Source: an uncultured archaeon (lineage in GTDB: Archaea > Thermoproteota > EX4484-205 > JAAOZP01). Taken from it: a stretch of DNA of 64,000 nucleotides. This document shows, one piece after another, positions 35,408 through 45,587 of this stretch. Positions within the stretch are counted from its first letter, which is position 1; each line of letters opens with the position of its first letter. The notes beneath the pieces are model-generated. The model was not told the origin of the DNA. It made no database searches and saw only the letters and a program-made list of their open reading frames with translations. The translations under genes were made by a program, and so were the position numbers. The stretch is taken from positions 8,120 through 72,119 of the forward strand of contig CALIBN010000002.1 of assembly GCA_938045545.1 (NCBI GenBank). The letters are read 5' to 3'.

Positions 35408-36283
35408 ATGGTTTACAGAATAGGAATAGTCGGGTCAGATAATTCTCACGCAATTACTTTCTCACAGATTGCGAACGGCATGGATAAGGAAAATTACGTA
35501 CCGGGTTTCAAAGCAACCCACATCTTCGGGTTCGACGAAAAAAGAAACAGGGAGGTCGCAGAGAAAGGCGGTATTGAAAATATTGTTTCTGACGTAAACG
35601 AGATGATCGGGAAAATTGATATTGCGTTCGTGGTTTTTAGACACGGTGGACTCCACCTGGAATACGCGAAGCCCTTCATAGAAAGCGGGACACCGGTTTT
35701 CGTGGATAAGCCTTTAGCAGCCACGGTTGCAGACGCTAAAAAGATAATCCAGCTAGCGAAGGAGAGACAAACCCTTTTAATGAGCTTTTCGACGTTAAGG
35801 TTTACGGATACCGTGCAAGAGCTGAAAGGAATTTTAAAGAACGAGGAACCGGTTTTCCTAAGCGTCCTTGGACCAGGAGACCTTGAAAGCGAGTATGGCG
35901 GATTGATCTTCTACGGGATCCATTGTGCAGAGATTTTTAATGAGGTTGCGGGAACGGGGGTGAAGGAAGTACACGCTGTTGCGAAGGGTAAAAGCATTGT
36001 TGCAATACTCGTCCATGAGAGACTGATTGGGAGTATAAAAATCTCTCCAGAAATACCATATGTTTTCTCGGTCGAAGGTCTAACTAATAAAACCCATTTC
36101 TCAGCCAAGGTTGACTCTAAGGACTGTTATAAGAGGGGAATGATCAAGATTAGGGAGATGCTTGACAAGAAGCAGTGGATACTTTCTGAAGGAGAAATGC
36201 TTGAGCCAGTAGCTGTTGTTAAGGCTATAGAGGAAAGCGTTAGAGAATCTTCTAAAAAGCCTATAAGTTCTAGCCAGTCTTAA
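35408..36283 (+). CDS. Gfo/Idh/MocA-like NAD(P)-binding oxidoreductase
   Basis: MVYRIGIVGSDNSHA Rossmann start; …VDKP… conserved segment. Confidence 0.6.
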   Translation: MVYRIGIVGSDNSHAITFSQIANGMDKENYVPGFKATHIFGFDEKRNREVAEKGGIENIVSDVNEMIGKIDIAFVVFRHGGLHLEYAKPFIESGTPVFVDKPLAATVADAKKIIQLAKERQTLLMSFSTLRFTDTVQELKGILKNEEPVFLSVLGPGDLESEYGGLIFYGIHCAEIFNEVAGTGVKEVHAVAKGKSIVAILVHERLIGSIKISPEIPYVFSVEGLTNKTHFSAKVDSKDCYKRGMIKIREMLDKKQWILSEGEMLEPVAVVKAIEESVRESSKKPISSSQS

Positions 36284-36845
36284 TGCTTATAGAGACTCCT
36301 TCCTGAGTGGGCACTATAATGGTTCTCCAAACCCTCCCAGAGGCTTCGTTTAGAAAAGCATCCACAGTGCCGTAGGTATGCCTGACGTTGTGCGCAAGCA
36401 CCACTCCGCCGCTGGGGATCCTACTCTCAACCAGACGGAAAAACTCTAAGTAGTGCTCCTTCTCAATATCTATGAAGACTAAGTTCAGCTCTTCAAATTT
36501 CCTAACATGATTAAATGCATCGCCGTTAACTGGCATGATCAAGTTCTCCAAGTGATGCCTAACTACAAGACTCTTAAGACTCTTGAATCTTTGAATAGTC
36601 TTCTCAACTGCGTAGACATTGCCGTCAACCCCTGATTCTAAAATAGCTCTAGCAATCCATATTGTTGAAAACCCTGTGCCTGCACCAGCGTCCATGGCTT
36701 TCAGCCTTCCAAACCGTAGGGCCGTCAGGAAGGATGTTGAGTAAAGCACGCAGCCATCATCCATGCTTATCGTCGGAACCCCTAGGTCTCTAGAGGCAGC
36801 ATACGCCTCCCGGATTATGCTGTTCCAGGCATAGTCTTCCCGCAT
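36270..36845 (-). CDS. class I SAM-dependent O-methyltransferase (CCoAOMT-like)
   Basis: …AMDAGAGTGFST… SAM-binding motif I; …LVFIDIEKEHY… motif typical of cation-dependent OMTs. Confidence 0.65.
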   Translation of the reverse strand: MREDYAWNSIIREAYAASRDLGVPTISMDDGCVLYSTSFLTALRFGRLKAMDAGAGTGFSTIWIARAILESGVDGNVYAVEKTIQRFKSLKSLVVRHHLENLIMPVNGDAFNHVRKFEELNLVFIDIEKEHYLEFFRLVESRIPSGGVVLAHNVRHTYGTVDAFLNEASGRVWRTIIVPTQEGVSISIKTG

Positions 36846-36903
36846 GGCTGTTAAAAATAATCTGCGGTTCCAACTTATAAACTTGGCAGAGGAGGCTTGC
36901 GGA

Positions 36904-37146
36904 TTAATATTTATGACGGGCTTGACGACAGCCTTCAGTCAACTCTTCAAGCTCGTCTCTAACATAGGATGAAATCAGGTCCCTGACAACGTTTGAATTT
37001 GCTTTTAAGACGGCTACCTTTGCCTGTTGAAATATGCTTAGTGCCCTTGGTCCCATACCGTATACGATGACTGCATCCGGCTTAAGCTGAAGTATACGGT
37101 CTGCAGGCCGGCCCTTCCCTCTGAAATGCTCACCCTCGTTAAGCAT
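36904..37146 (-). CDS. small NifX/NifB-C-terminal-like (dinitrogenase FeMo-cofactor-binding family) protein
   Basis: EHFRGKG…PDAVIVYGMGPRALSIFQQAKVAVL resembles HFG…vdvvi..giG..a fold motif. Confidence 0.4.
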   Translation of the reverse strand: MLNEGEHFRGKGRPADRILQLKPDAVIVYGMGPRALSIFQQAKVAVLKANSNVVRDLISSYVRDELEELTEGCRQARHKY

Positions 37147-37379
37147 AGTCCCTTTTTCAAAACTCTTCCCTCCTCATCAAGCTCAATCATCAAGAATAAG
37201 GGGGCTCTGGCCAAAATGTTCGGATAAGCGTGAATCTAAGCCACGGTCATCCTCCACAGGTATTACAATCCTCATTTTGAATCATCATGCTTACATACTT
37301 GTCTCTATATACGTCTTACTGTTAATAGACCTCCTCTATTCCTTTTTGTCCAAGGAATCCTTATCCTAGACAATTACTT

Positions 37380-37733
37380 CCTTAACTCCTCAAGCCTATT
37401 GTTTACGTAACCGAGCTCCTGCTGGATAAGCCTTCTCTGTTCCTCAGAAAAACAACTCTTGCTCCCTAGCCGTCAGGGGTAAGGCAAACATCGGTGGCTC
37501 ATACTCATGCTCCCCGCGGAGCCCATGAAAAACCCACAGGTATAGCTTCCAGAAACGCCGAGCGTAATTATGACGGTAGGGCGATGGCAGCCACCAGAAC
37601 CCGCTCGCAATATCAGTACTCCTACTTACCGACCCCCCTTAACGCTTAATTCTTCAAGCCTTTTTCTAACGGTTTTCAACCGAGGCTCCAAAATCTTAAT
37701 CTGCTGCTCAAGCATCGTTCGCTCCTGCTCCCC
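37380..37733. repeat. two diverged direct copies (~70% identity, ~95 bp each, 37380-37466 and 37637-37733) of an element beginning CCTTAAC…TCAAGCCT…
   Basis: Direct alignment of the two segments; on the minus strand each copy encodes a similar coiled-coil-like peptide (…EEQRRLIQQELGYVNNRLEELRK / …EQERTMLEQQIKILEPRLKTVRKRLEELSVK) in different frames. Confidence 0.5.
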
Positions 37734-37995
37734 GCATAAGCCGGCGGAAAGCTCATTCTAAACGGAGTGAGTTCAGACGGCATAGCGTGCTAAAGGGCTT
37801 TCGCAAAGGGAAGCAGGAGGAGGATGGGCGTCTCTAGGGGGATTGCGTGAGGCTTTTGCAGAGCGCTAGGAGAAAGACTGCTCAAGCCCTTAGCGAAGGC
37901 AAGCCAATACGCATTGGGCTCCCCCCTCAACAAAACTGTTCATAGAAAACATGGAAGACAATGTCAAACAGGCTTTTCTAAGAGCATTCTCACAG

Positions 37996-39129
37996 CTATC
38001 TGAATGCTTTTTTCCATTCTTTCAGAATTTCTCGCGCAACGTTAAAGCTTTCAACACTGATTGAGAATATGACTCCAGTTTTATTTTCAAGAGATTTCGA
38101 CACTTTATCGACCCAGGATCCTGGTTTCTCACCCTCTTGGGGACCCTCAGTCCATATTAGACACACGTGTTTCCTTTGAAACAATTCCACGGTTTCCTTT
38201 AAGCCGTAGAACTTGGCGGGACTTCCGAAGAAGAATGCTTTAAAGGCTCCGCTTGACAAGATTGGTTCAAGAACCTGCCTGCCGTCTGAAGCCTCGCTGC
38301 AGCAGAAATGACCCATGCCTCCGTCGAAAAGCCTGACTGAAAACTCGTTAACCGGGATGCAGAACTTTCTGTATTGAGCCGGGTTCATCATCACCGCCAC
38401 GTCCTCGCAGAGTCTAACACCGCCTTTATCCATCCATACGTTAGGCGTTCCGTGGAACCCCTGGTTAAGAGGCTCGCCGACTATTTTCTTCTGCGCAATT
38501 GAGAACTCAACGTATACTTCGGCAACCCTCTTAAGAAGCTCCATTGCAAAGTCCGGGTGGCGATGGAAATCGCTCAGCAGCTTCGGTCCCCTGAGTAGGT
38601 AGGCTATGTCTAACGGGCCCTGAGTGTCGCACAGGTATACTCTTACCCCTGTTCCCTCAAGTTTTTTAACGAAATACTCTTCTGTCTCAATAACGCGCGT
38701 CATCAAGCTTTGACGAGACCAAGGATCCTTTAACTCGCCTAGGTCCGGAGGATCCTTCTTTAAAACCGGCTCTTTAACCCATGGCATTTGGTCGGAGAAG
38801 GGTTGTACGACTATCTCGCTACCAAATCCGCTCGGCACGATTCCAACGCCATAATTAGCCCTTACGCATGGCATGCCATCATCTTGAAGAAGGGCATGAG
38901 AATATACTGAGGCCAGTTGAGACAAAAGCATCTTATCCATATCGTAATATGTTTCATAGTATTTGAAGGAGGGCCAAGGTTCTGGAGGAGGACAGTTAAT
39001 GATCAAAGGAGGGATTTCCACTTGTTTAAAATTCCATGCTGCAGCAATCCTGCTTCTCGCCTCATCGACTACCTCTAGATCCAATCTTGAGCTTACCTTC
39101 TTAACCCATTTTTCCACATCAATGCTCAA
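37996..39129 (-). CDS. uroporphyrinogen decarboxylase (URO-D)/MtaA-like family protein
   Basis: 377 aa TIM-barrel-like pattern with URO-D family hallmarks; no specific catalytic assignment. Confidence 0.55.
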   Translation of the reverse strand: MSIDVEKWVKKVSSRLDLEVVDEARSRIAAAWNFKQVEIPPLIINCPPPEPWPSFKYYETYYDMDKMLLSQLASVYSHALLQDDGMPCVRANYGVGIVPSGFGSEIVVQPFSDQMPWVKEPVLKKDPPDLGELKDPWSRQSLMTRVIETEEYFVKKLEGTGVRVYLCDTQGPLDIAYLLRGPKLLSDFHRHPDFAMELLKRVAEVYVEFSIAQKKIVGEPLNQGFHGTPNVWMDKGGVRLCEDVAVMMNPAQYRKFCIPVNEFSVRLFDGGMGHFCCSEASDGRQVLEPILSSGAFKAFFFGSPAKFYGLKETVELFQRKHVCLIWTEGPQEGEKPGSWVDKVSKSLENKTGVIFSISVESFNVAREILKEWKKAFR

Positions 39130-39169
39130 AGTCGACGGTTAGCCTACTAAAAACTATTTAAGCTTTCCT

Positions 39170-39967
39170 ATGAAATCCGGGAAAGATTTATATCGTTTAA
39201 ACTTAGACAGAGGAAGCATGAGCAGCTTGAAGATTGGCGCTCAACTAATTATCTGGGGAGCAAAGCCGCGGGAAAACCTTAAAGGAGTTCTTGAAGAAGT
39301 AAGGGAGGCCGGATACGATGGGATAGAAACCTCTCCTGAAATAGTTTCTACAGACATTATGGAGACGAGAAGGCTTTTGCTCGAAAAAGGCTTAAGGCTT
39401 GTCGCATTACACATGGGTGTTGGAAACATGGAACAGGTTGAACCGGCGGCAAGGCTATTGGAAAGGCTTGAAGGAGAATATTTGACTTTTAGCGGTCCAG
39501 GTGGAAAAGGCTCTGAGGAAGACTATTTAAACTGCGCAGAGTTTTTAAACAAGGCGGGAAGAATTGCCAGGAAGCACGGGGTTAAAACCTGCTATCATAA
39601 TCACGGGCACGAAATAGCTAATAATCAAAGGGGAATAGGAATAATCATTCAGAAAACGGAGCCGGAGTTAGTCGGACTATGCGTTGACACGTATTGGGTT
39701 AAATTCGGCGGGGCAAACCCGCTTCAGTTCATCAAGACCAATAGGGAGAGGATCGAATACCTGCATCTGAAAGACGGGTCTGAGGAAGACATGAAAAACA
39801 GGAAGTTCTCCGAGCTTGGAAAGGGCTCGATAGATTTTCCAGCCATACTTGGCTTCACGACGCAGCTTGGAGTAAAGTGGGTTGTCGTTGAACAAGATTT
39901 GACCCCGAGAAGCCCGTTCGAAAGCATGTTGGAGAGCAGGAATTACTTAAGAAAAATCGGGTATTAG
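39170..39967 (+). CDS. sugar phosphate isomerase/epimerase (xylose isomerase-like TIM barrel)
   Basis: …GYDGIE…, …YHNHGHE…, …LHLKD… metal-site pattern. Confidence 0.75.
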   Translation: MKSGKDLYRLNLDRGSMSSLKIGAQLIIWGAKPRENLKGVLEEVREAGYDGIETSPEIVSTDIMETRRLLLEKGLRLVALHMGVGNMEQVEPAARLLERLEGEYLTFSGPGGKGSEEDYLNCAEFLNKAGRIARKHGVKTCYHNHGHEIANNQRGIGIIIQKTEPELVGLCVDTYWVKFGGANPLQFIKTNRERIEYLHLKDGSEEDMKNRKFSELGKGSIDFPAILGFTTQLGVKWVVVEQDLTPRSPFESMLESRNYLRKIGY

Positions 39968-40413
39968 TTCGCTTTCCACATATAAAGGCGATCGTATACC
40001 ATCCGTATTTCATCCATGTGCCATCGGAATGTCTATATGCCCGCATTTGTTAACATAATTGGGAGCTGCTGAGGAGCGTGAAACAGGGAGTTTTTGAAGA
40101 GGCATCTTAGCCTGCATTGTAACGGCTGAAACCCGCCTTTAATCGGGCATAGGCCTGGCGTGGCTTTTTCTTAGATTATAAGAAGGCGGGGTATGAGCTA
40201 TACGCTTTATGGCAGGGGCTGAATTGACACAGCCCTTAACCCGGTAGGATGAGCTCCTAAGGGCGACGAACCGGGAACCCAATACCTTAAGTAGAAGGAT
40301 GCCAACCGAGGAAAATCGGGTGCTATTTCACAAGCACGTGCTAACAGGCAGGCACTACAGTGTCAAACGCATGGAGGACTAAAAAACATAAATAGCCTTC
40401 CTCAGCCTCACGC

Positions 40414-41178
40414 ATGGAAATGATAAAGATCGGTTGTGCAGCCTACTCTTACAGGGATTATCTTAAGGATGGAAGAATGAGCTATGAGGATTTCATTGAG
40501 GAGGCATATAAGATCGGTTTGGACGGGGTGGAGATGACGCTCTACTGGCTTCCTTCAAGAGAACCAGGATACCTCAGGAATTTAAAGAGGATTGCATTTT
40601 CACGAGGACTCTCCATTTCCTGTGCCGGAATCTCGACTAACTTCTGCAGCCCAGATCCTCGTGAAAGAGAAAGAATGATTAAGACTGTGGAGGAAGGATT
40701 AAGGATTGCCCGTGAGCTCGGTGCTCCTGCACTACGGGTTTTCGGCGGCTACGTGCCTGAAGGATATTCTGAGGAACAGGCCACACGGTGGACGGTTGAA
40801 GCTTTAAGCAGATGCATAACCTATGCTGAGGAAAACGGCGTTACAATAGCTTTGGAGAACCATGGGGGCGTTACGGCCAGGGCGGATAATGTAGTGAGAA
40901 TAGTGGAGAGCGTGGGTTCACCTTGGCTAAGAGTTAACCTAGACCTCGGCAACTACAGGGAGTCAACGTATGAAGACATTGCGAAAACAGTTCCCTACGC
41001 AGTACACATCCATGGTAAGATAAGTATCTCTGAAAACACGAAGGTTGACTATGAGAAGGTTAAGAGGATACTTGAAGACAATGGTTACAACGGGTTTATC
41101 TCAATCGAGTATGAGGAGAAGGAAGATCCTAAAATAGGGGTCTGCGAGTTTGCAAGATACCTTTTAAGGTTATTCTAA
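40414..41178 (+). CDS. sugar phosphate isomerase/epimerase (xylose isomerase-like TIM barrel)
   Basis: …GLDGVE…, …ALENHGG…, …VHIHGK… pattern. Confidence 0.75.
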   Translation: MEMIKIGCAAYSYRDYLKDGRMSYEDFIEEAYKIGLDGVEMTLYWLPSREPGYLRNLKRIAFSRGLSISCAGISTNFCSPDPRERERMIKTVEEGLRIARELGAPALRVFGGYVPEGYSEEQATRWTVEALSRCITYAEENGVTIALENHGGVTARADNVVRIVESVGSPWLRVNLDLGNYRESTYEDIAKTVPYAVHIHGKISISENTKVDYEKVKRILEDNGYNGFISIEYEEKEDPKIGVCEFARYLLRLF

Positions 41179-41210
41179 GTGCAAGGAGGGAGCTTTAACT
41201 GAGCGGCCGG

Positions 41211-42242
41211 GTGAACGTCGGGATCTCTGGGCTCGGGAGAAGCGGATGGGACATTCATGCCAATGCACTCGAGAAATGCTCCGACATGTATAAGGTGGTT
41301 GCAGTCTTCGATCCACTTGAGGAGAGACGAAAGGAAGCTGTTAACAGGTTTGATTGCAGAGCATATACAGATTTCGGTTCACTCTTGAGGGATGAAGAGG
41401 TAGAACTGGTGGTTGTGGCAACGCCAAGCCACCTTCACGCCCCACAAACCATAGAAGCGTTGAAATCCGGTAAAAACGTTGTATGTGAGAAGCCGATGGC
41501 AACAAACCTGGCTGAAGCAGACGAGATGATAAGGGTTGCGAAGGAGGCTGGAAGAATACTAACGGTATTTCAGAACAAGAGATACACCCCAGACTTCTTA
41601 AAAGTTAAGGAGATAGTTAGATCAGGTAAGCTTGGGCGCATAGTGCTTGTGAAAATATATTTACACTCCTTCGGAAGACGTTGGGATTGGCAGACATTGA
41701 AAAGGTTTGGAGGAGGAGAACTTAACAATAATGCTTCCCATCTTATAGACCAGGCGGTTCAACTCGTAGGGGAGGAGGTGGAAGTACTTTTCTGCGACCT
41801 GCAGAGGACCCTAACTCTAGGTGATGCTGAGGATCATGTTAAGATAATTTTGGGAGGACCTAGCTCAACGAAGATTGACATAGAGGTTACTCGCGCATGC
41901 GCCTACCCTCAGGATTATTGGCTGATAATGGGTACCCAAGGAGGACTTTCTGGAAACGGGACCTCGATAAAGTGGAAGTATTTCGACCCTAAGGATCTTC
42001 CTCCCAGACAGGTTGAAACGAGGCCGACTCCAGACCGCAGCTACAATTGGGAAGATATTCCCTGGAGGGAGGAGAAGTGGATTCTAGACGAGAATGCTAA
42101 GCGCGGCGAAATCTTGTTTTACGAGGAACTCTACAAGACTCTACGCGAGGGAGCCCCCCTGAGCGTTACGCCTGAAAGCGTTAGGAAAGTAATGTCATTA
42201 ATGGAAAAATGCCGGGAATACTGCGAGGACAAGCGGTGCTGA
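41211..42242 (+). CDS. Gfo/Idh/MocA family oxidoreductase
   Basis: …VVCEKP… motif and family layout. Confidence 0.8.
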   Translation: MNVGISGLGRSGWDIHANALEKCSDMYKVVAVFDPLEERRKEAVNRFDCRAYTDFGSLLRDEEVELVVVATPSHLHAPQTIEALKSGKNVVCEKPMATNLAEADEMIRVAKEAGRILTVFQNKRYTPDFLKVKEIVRSGKLGRIVLVKIYLHSFGRRWDWQTLKRFGGGELNNNASHLIDQAVQLVGEEVEVLFCDLQRTLTLGDAEDHVKIILGGPSSTKIDIEVTRACAYPQDYWLIMGTQGGLSGNGTSIKWKYFDPKDLPPRQVETRPTPDRSYNWEDIPWREEKWILDENAKRGEILFYEELYKTLREGAPLSVTPESVRKVMSLMEKCREYCEDKRC

Positions 42243-42331
42243 AGTAGTCCATGACGAGAAGACTATTCTTACTATTAAACTACCAAGAAACTGTAAAAGC
42301 TTAAAGTAAACGCCTGAGGGTTAAGAAGGGA

Positions 42332-45300
42332 TTGGAGTTGACCGAGGACTTAACGATGATCGGCTTGTCTAAGCCCTTTGAAGAAGGAGGAAAATCATGT
42401 TTGAAAGCTGGAAGGCTACGTTGCGAGTACAGGGTTAACCCTCTGGGAATAGATGTTTTAAGACCCAAGTTAAGCTGGATCGTTGAATCGTCTGAAAGAG
42501 GACAGCTTCAGACAGCTTATCAGATTATCGTTTCGAGCACTAGATTAAACTTGGAGAAAGGCATTGGAGACTTATGGGATACTGGGAAAGTTAAATCCGA
42601 CCAGACGAGTCAGATAGAGTATTCTGGAAAGCCGCTTTCCTCAAGGATGGAATGTTGGTGGAAAGTGCGGGTGTGGGATAAAGACGGGAGGCTGTCTGAG
42701 TGGAGCGAGCCCGCACGTTGGACGATAGGCCTATTGACACCTGATGACTGGAAGGCGAAAATGATCGGGTATGATGAGTATGCCGAGTGGGAGGAACCGA
42801 ATTTCAGCGGTTGTAGATGGATCTGGTTCAATGAGGGTAACCCACTTAAAGAAGCCCCTGTTGCCAGTCGCTACTTCCGTCGCACAGTAGATTTGCCGTT
42901 TAATAGAAAAATACGTGGGGGAATCTTTCTACTAACCGCTGACGATCAAGCTATAGTTTTCGTAAATGGGGTGGAAGCAGGCAGGAGCGATGGAAAACCG
43001 CGAACAATCGAAATCACACGTCTGTTACGGCCTGGAAAAAATGTCTTTGCAGTTATGGCCACTAACCTAGGTGGTCCTGCAGGCCTACTCGGAAAAGCTG
43101 TGATCGAGTTTGAGAAGGAAGAGTCGTTTACCGTTATTACGGACAAAAAGTGGAAGGTTAGTGCATACGCAGAGGAGGGTTGGATTGGGCTCGATTTCAA
43201 TGACGAGCATTGGGCTAATGCGCTTGAGCTAGGGGATTTCACGAAAGCGCCCTGGGGGGTCCTTGGAATAAAGCCCCCCTATGTACGTCCACTACCATTG
43301 TTGAGGAAGTCGTTTAGCGTGAACAAGCAGGTGAAGCGCGCCTTCATATACGTTAGTGCATTAGGGAGCTGCGAGCTACATCTTAATGGGAAGCGGGTCA
43401 CGGAAGATTACTTCATACCAGGATGGTCTGACTTTCGAAAACGCGCATATTATCGTACCTACGAGGTCACTGATCTTCTTCAACCCGGGAGGAATGCGAT
43501 TGGTGCGATTCTGCACAGCGAGTGGTACTCCGGCTATCAGGGTGGTTGGGGAAGGAGAAACAAATTCGGCCGTGGGCCACGCCTGCTCGTCCAATTGGAA
43601 ATAGAATATGCTGATGGTGAAAGACAATTGATCGTTAGTGACGAGACTTGGAAAGCGACGTATGGGCCGATCCTTGAAGCAGACAATTACATGGGCGAGA
43701 CCTACGACGCAAGGCGCGAGATTAATGGCTGGGACGAGCCCTGGTTCGATGACGGCAACTGGAAAGAGGTCGTTGCAGAGGACGTTAAGGATATTGATTT
43801 GAGGCTCACATACCATCCGGGGGAGCCGATCAGGAAAACCATGGAGCTGGTCGCCAAGTCGATCAGGGAGGTTAGTTCCGGCGTCTTCATATACGATTTC
43901 GGGCAGAACATGGTCGGCACCGTGAGGTTACGCATCAGAAGCGCTAAGCCCGGCGATAGGATTGTGTTGCGCTATGCTGAGGTACTTAACCCCGACGGCA
44001 CCCTGCACACGGCAAACCTTAGGGGAGCCCGTGCCACCGACGTATACTTCTGCAAGGGTGCTGCTGAGGAAGGCTTTGAGCCGCGCTTCACTTACCACGG
44101 CTTCCGATACGTTGAAGTGACGGGTTATCCCGGTAAACCGCTTCTGGATGCGGTGACTGGCATCGTCCTGCACTCCGACATCCCCATAAGGGGAGAGTTC
44201 AGCTCTTCCAACCCGATTTTAAACAGGCTTTTCGAGAACATCGTTTGGAGTTTACGGGGCAATTACTTTGAGGTTCCGACGGATTGCCCCCAACGGGATG
44301 AGCGTCAGGGCTGGACTGGTGATGCGCAGATCTTCTCTCGAACGGCCGCTTATTTGGCTGACGTCTCCTCCTTCATGACTAAGTGGCTCATCGACCTGAA
44401 CGACGGTCAAAGAGAGGACGGGGCTTATCCAGAGGTGGCGCCCGCAACCGGCTCCGGCTTCGGCACGCCCGCCTGGAGCGACGCCGGGATCATCATACCC
44501 TACGTGGTTTGGCGGTTCTACGGCGACGCAAGGGTGATCCGGCTTTACTACGAGAACATGACCCGTTATATAGAGTACCTAGTTGAGAATAGTAAAGATT
44601 TCCTACGGCCAGAAATTGGATACGGCGATTGGGTTCCAGCCGGGTCAGAAACTCCCAAGGACGTGCTCTCCACGGCCTACTTCGCCTATGTCGTTAAGCT
44701 CATGGTTGAAATGGCTAGGGCAATCGGAAAGGAAGACGATGCTAAACTCTACGAGGAACTGTTCGAGAAAATCCGGTCCGCTTTCGTTAAGGCATACGTG
44801 GAACCGGATGGTCGGATAAAGGGAGAAACGCAAACCTGTTACGCCTTGGCGTTAGACCTGAAATTGCTGCCTGAGGAGCTGGAGAAGCTGGCCTTAGAAC
44901 ACCTCGTCAAAGACATTGAGAATCGCGACTGGCATCTTTCAACGGGATTCGTGGGCACACGACACCTCATGCAGGCACTTACCAAGTTCAATAGAGTGGA
45001 TGTCGCATATAAATTGTTGTTGCAAGAAACCTATCCGTCATGGCTTTACCCCCTGAGGCTGGGTGCGACGACGATTTGGGAAAGATGGAACAGCATGACC
45101 GAGGAGGGCATACACGAGCCCGGGATGAATTCCTTCAACCATTATGCTTTCGGAAGCGTTGGCGAATGGCTCTTCTCAACGGTTGTGGGGATCAGTACTG
45201 AAGGCGTCGGCTTTAAGCGGATCATAGTTAAACCACATCCATCAAGAGAACTGGGGTGTGTTCACTCAAAATACGAGTCGATTAATGGGACTATTTCCGT

Positions 45301-45514
45301 GGATTGGTGGTTCTCCGGAAAGGACTTTCACCTGCAGCTGACCATCCCGGCTAACACGTCGGCACTAGTCCACGTTCCGACGACGGATCCGAGAAGGGTA
45401 AGAGAAGGCGGGAAGCCTGCTGAGGAGGCTGAATGCGTCCGGTTTATCGGTATGAGAGAGGGCTACGCCGTGTATCTAGTCCTCTCCGGAAGCTACAGTT
45501 TCGTCGCTGCGTGA
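42332..45514 (+). CDS. alpha-L-rhamnosidase (glycoside hydrolase family 78)
   Basis: N-terminal LRCEYRVNPLGID…PKLSWIV, CWWKVRVWD block, CPQRDERQGWTGDAQIF catalytic-domain signature. Confidence 0.85.
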   Translation: MELTEDLTMIGLSKPFEEGGKSCLKAGRLRCEYRVNPLGIDVLRPKLSWIVESSERGQLQTAYQIIVSSTRLNLEKGIGDLWDTGKVKSDQTSQIEYSGKPLSSRMECWWKVRVWDKDGRLSEWSEPARWTIGLLTPDDWKAKMIGYDEYAEWEEPNFSGCRWIWFNEGNPLKEAPVASRYFRRTVDLPFNRKIRGGIFLLTADDQAIVFVNGVEAGRSDGKPRTIEITRLLRPGKNVFAVMATNLGGPAGLLGKAVIEFEKEESFTVITDKKWKVSAYAEEGWIGLDFNDEHWANALELGDFTKAPWGVLGIKPPYVRPLPLLRKSFSVNKQVKRAFIYVSALGSCELHLNGKRVTEDYFIPGWSDFRKRAYYRTYEVTDLLQPGRNAIGAILHSEWYSGYQGGWGRRNKFGRGPRLLVQLEIEYADGERQLIVSDETWKATYGPILEADNYMGETYDARREINGWDEPWFDDGNWKEVVAEDVKDIDLRLTYHPGEPIRKTMELVAKSIREVSSGVFIYDFGQNMVGTVRLRIRSAKPGDRIVLRYAEVLNPDGTLHTANLRGARATDVYFCKGAAEEGFEPRFTYHGFRYVEVTGYPGKPLLDAVTGIVLHSDIPIRGEFSSSNPILNRLFENIVWSLRGNYFEVPTDCPQRDERQGWTGDAQIFSRTAAYLADVSSFMTKWLIDLNDGQREDGAYPEVAPATGSGFGTPAWSDAGIIIPYVVWRFYGDARVIRLYYENMTRYIEYLVENSKDFLRPEIGYGDWVPAGSETPKDVLSTAYFAYVVKLMVEMARAIGKEDDAKLYEELFEKIRSAFVKAYVEPDGRIKGETQTCYALALDLKLLPEELEKLALEHLVKDIENRDWHLSTGFVGTRHLMQALTKFNRVDVAYKLLLQETYPSWLYPLRLGATTIWERWNSMTEEGIHEPGMNSFNHYAFGSVGEWLFSTVVGISTEGVGFKRIIVKPHPSRELGCVHSKYESINGTISVDWWFSGKDFHLQLTIPANTSALVHVPTTDPRRVREGGKPAEEAECVRFIGMREGYAVYLVLSGSYSFVAA

Positions 45515-45587
45515 CAAGCATTTAACCCGCTGACTACTAACAGGCGTTTCGTCTCCTTAAAACTCTAAGCACCTGGCATAACACGTG

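Noticed and set aside
37570-37761. 63-aa plus-strand ORF inside the repeat-bearing spacer
   Set aside because: Pro/Ser/Cys-rich with no start context. It lies across the degenerate repeat and is better explained as non-coding or pseudogene sequence.
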